From Camelus ferus (taxonomy: Eukaryota): 64,000 bases of DNA. Below the pieces are notes generated by a model. The model was not told the origin of the DNA. It was given only the letters and a program-made list of their open reading frames with translations, and ran no database searches. The DNA lies in contig NC_045707.1 in NCBI RefSeq assembly GCF_009834535.1, positions 50,842,001-50,906,000 on the forward strand, read 5' to 3'. Shown here piece after piece: positions 63,191 to 64,000 of this stretch; positions within the stretch are counted from its first letter, which is position 1, and each line of letters begins with the position of its first letter. Made by a program: the position numbers and the translations under genes.

Positions 63191-63689
63191 CCAAGATTGG
63201 ATACATCTACACAAGGATTTTTTTTTTTTCTTGCTCAGAAAAAGCTGAATTCTAAGTCAAAAGATGAAAAAATCTTACAGAGAAACAGAGAGGAGCCAAA
63301 GAAACGTGGGGATGATTATGAAAAGAATTTATTCTTAGTATTTCCAAATAACCAAAATACCTTTTCGGATCCTTTTGTCTGAACTGTAAGCCAAATCAAA
63401 GGCATCGGAAGGGTGAGGACCATTTAATCTATTTTATACATAGGATGTACTCAATATATGTTTGTAGAATAAATAAACAGTACAAGACCTCTGTGTATTT
63501 CTTTTCTCTTCATTTGTAACGGTATTTCTTTCCTGATCTTTCTGTTTCCCTGGCTTCATCTTAATTTTACCACCTTAAAGTGTGTCTTCATTTCAAGTTC
63601 ATTTTTCATTTTGGGAGGCTCATCTCTTTTGATTATCTTTAACTGTTTCATATCATATATTCTCACAAGTTAGAGCAGTTTTCCTCTGT

Positions 63690-64000
63690 GGGAAAGCTTC
63701 CAAATCTATAAACCCAGACTGATTCTTCTCTTTTCAAACCTCAGTCTCACATATTAAACTGTCTGATGGATATTTACATGTAGAAGTCCTGTGGTCACTT
63801 CAACCTGACCCATTAACATCCCCCTAAAACATGCCACCCTTCTAAATCCCCTATTGTGGCTTTGGGTACCAACCAACATGATCCTAATAACTCAGGCTCT
63901 AAACCCGGGAAGCCCCCTTTCCTTGACCTTTGTTAGCATTGCATTCAGCAAATATTTTGCATCCTTGCCTGTGTGTTTAGGATTAGGGCTTTGTACTCAT
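63690..64000 (+). mobile_element. L2 fragment
   Basis: 'ctcagtctcacatattaaactgtctgatggatatttacatg...ctcaggctctaaacc'. Confidence 0.65.

Overview
Mammalian (eutherian) genomic DNA, most likely a camelid: it carries a tRNA-derived vic-1-type SINE at ~38931. The window holds the 3' end of KITLG (KIT ligand / stem cell factor) on the + strand: coding exons 7 (7216-7325, transmembrane), 8 (8284-8351) and 9 (9392-9468, stop TAA at 9429-9431), plus a ~4.4 kb non-coding terminal exon (16177 to ~20545, AATAAA at 20522). Exon numbering follows the human gene as I recall it; exons 1-6 were not seen and presumably lie upstream. The remaining ~43 kb is intergenic and dense in old transposons (L1, L2, MIR, MaLR/ERVL LTRs, an ERV solo LTR, a hAT element and a near full-length Tigger1). 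Almost all ORF-track entries are spurious or transposon relics. I found no convincing new biological system. The most notable observations are: an open exon-8-skipped KITLG reading frame giving a 48-aa alternative C-terminus; a 45-bp templated copy of the Tigger1 outer junction inside the element; a young L1 with a perfect 16-bp TSD in KITLG intron 7; and an ETS/RUNX/AP-1/NF-kB motif cluster in intron 6. Repeat family names come from recognition, not a database search.
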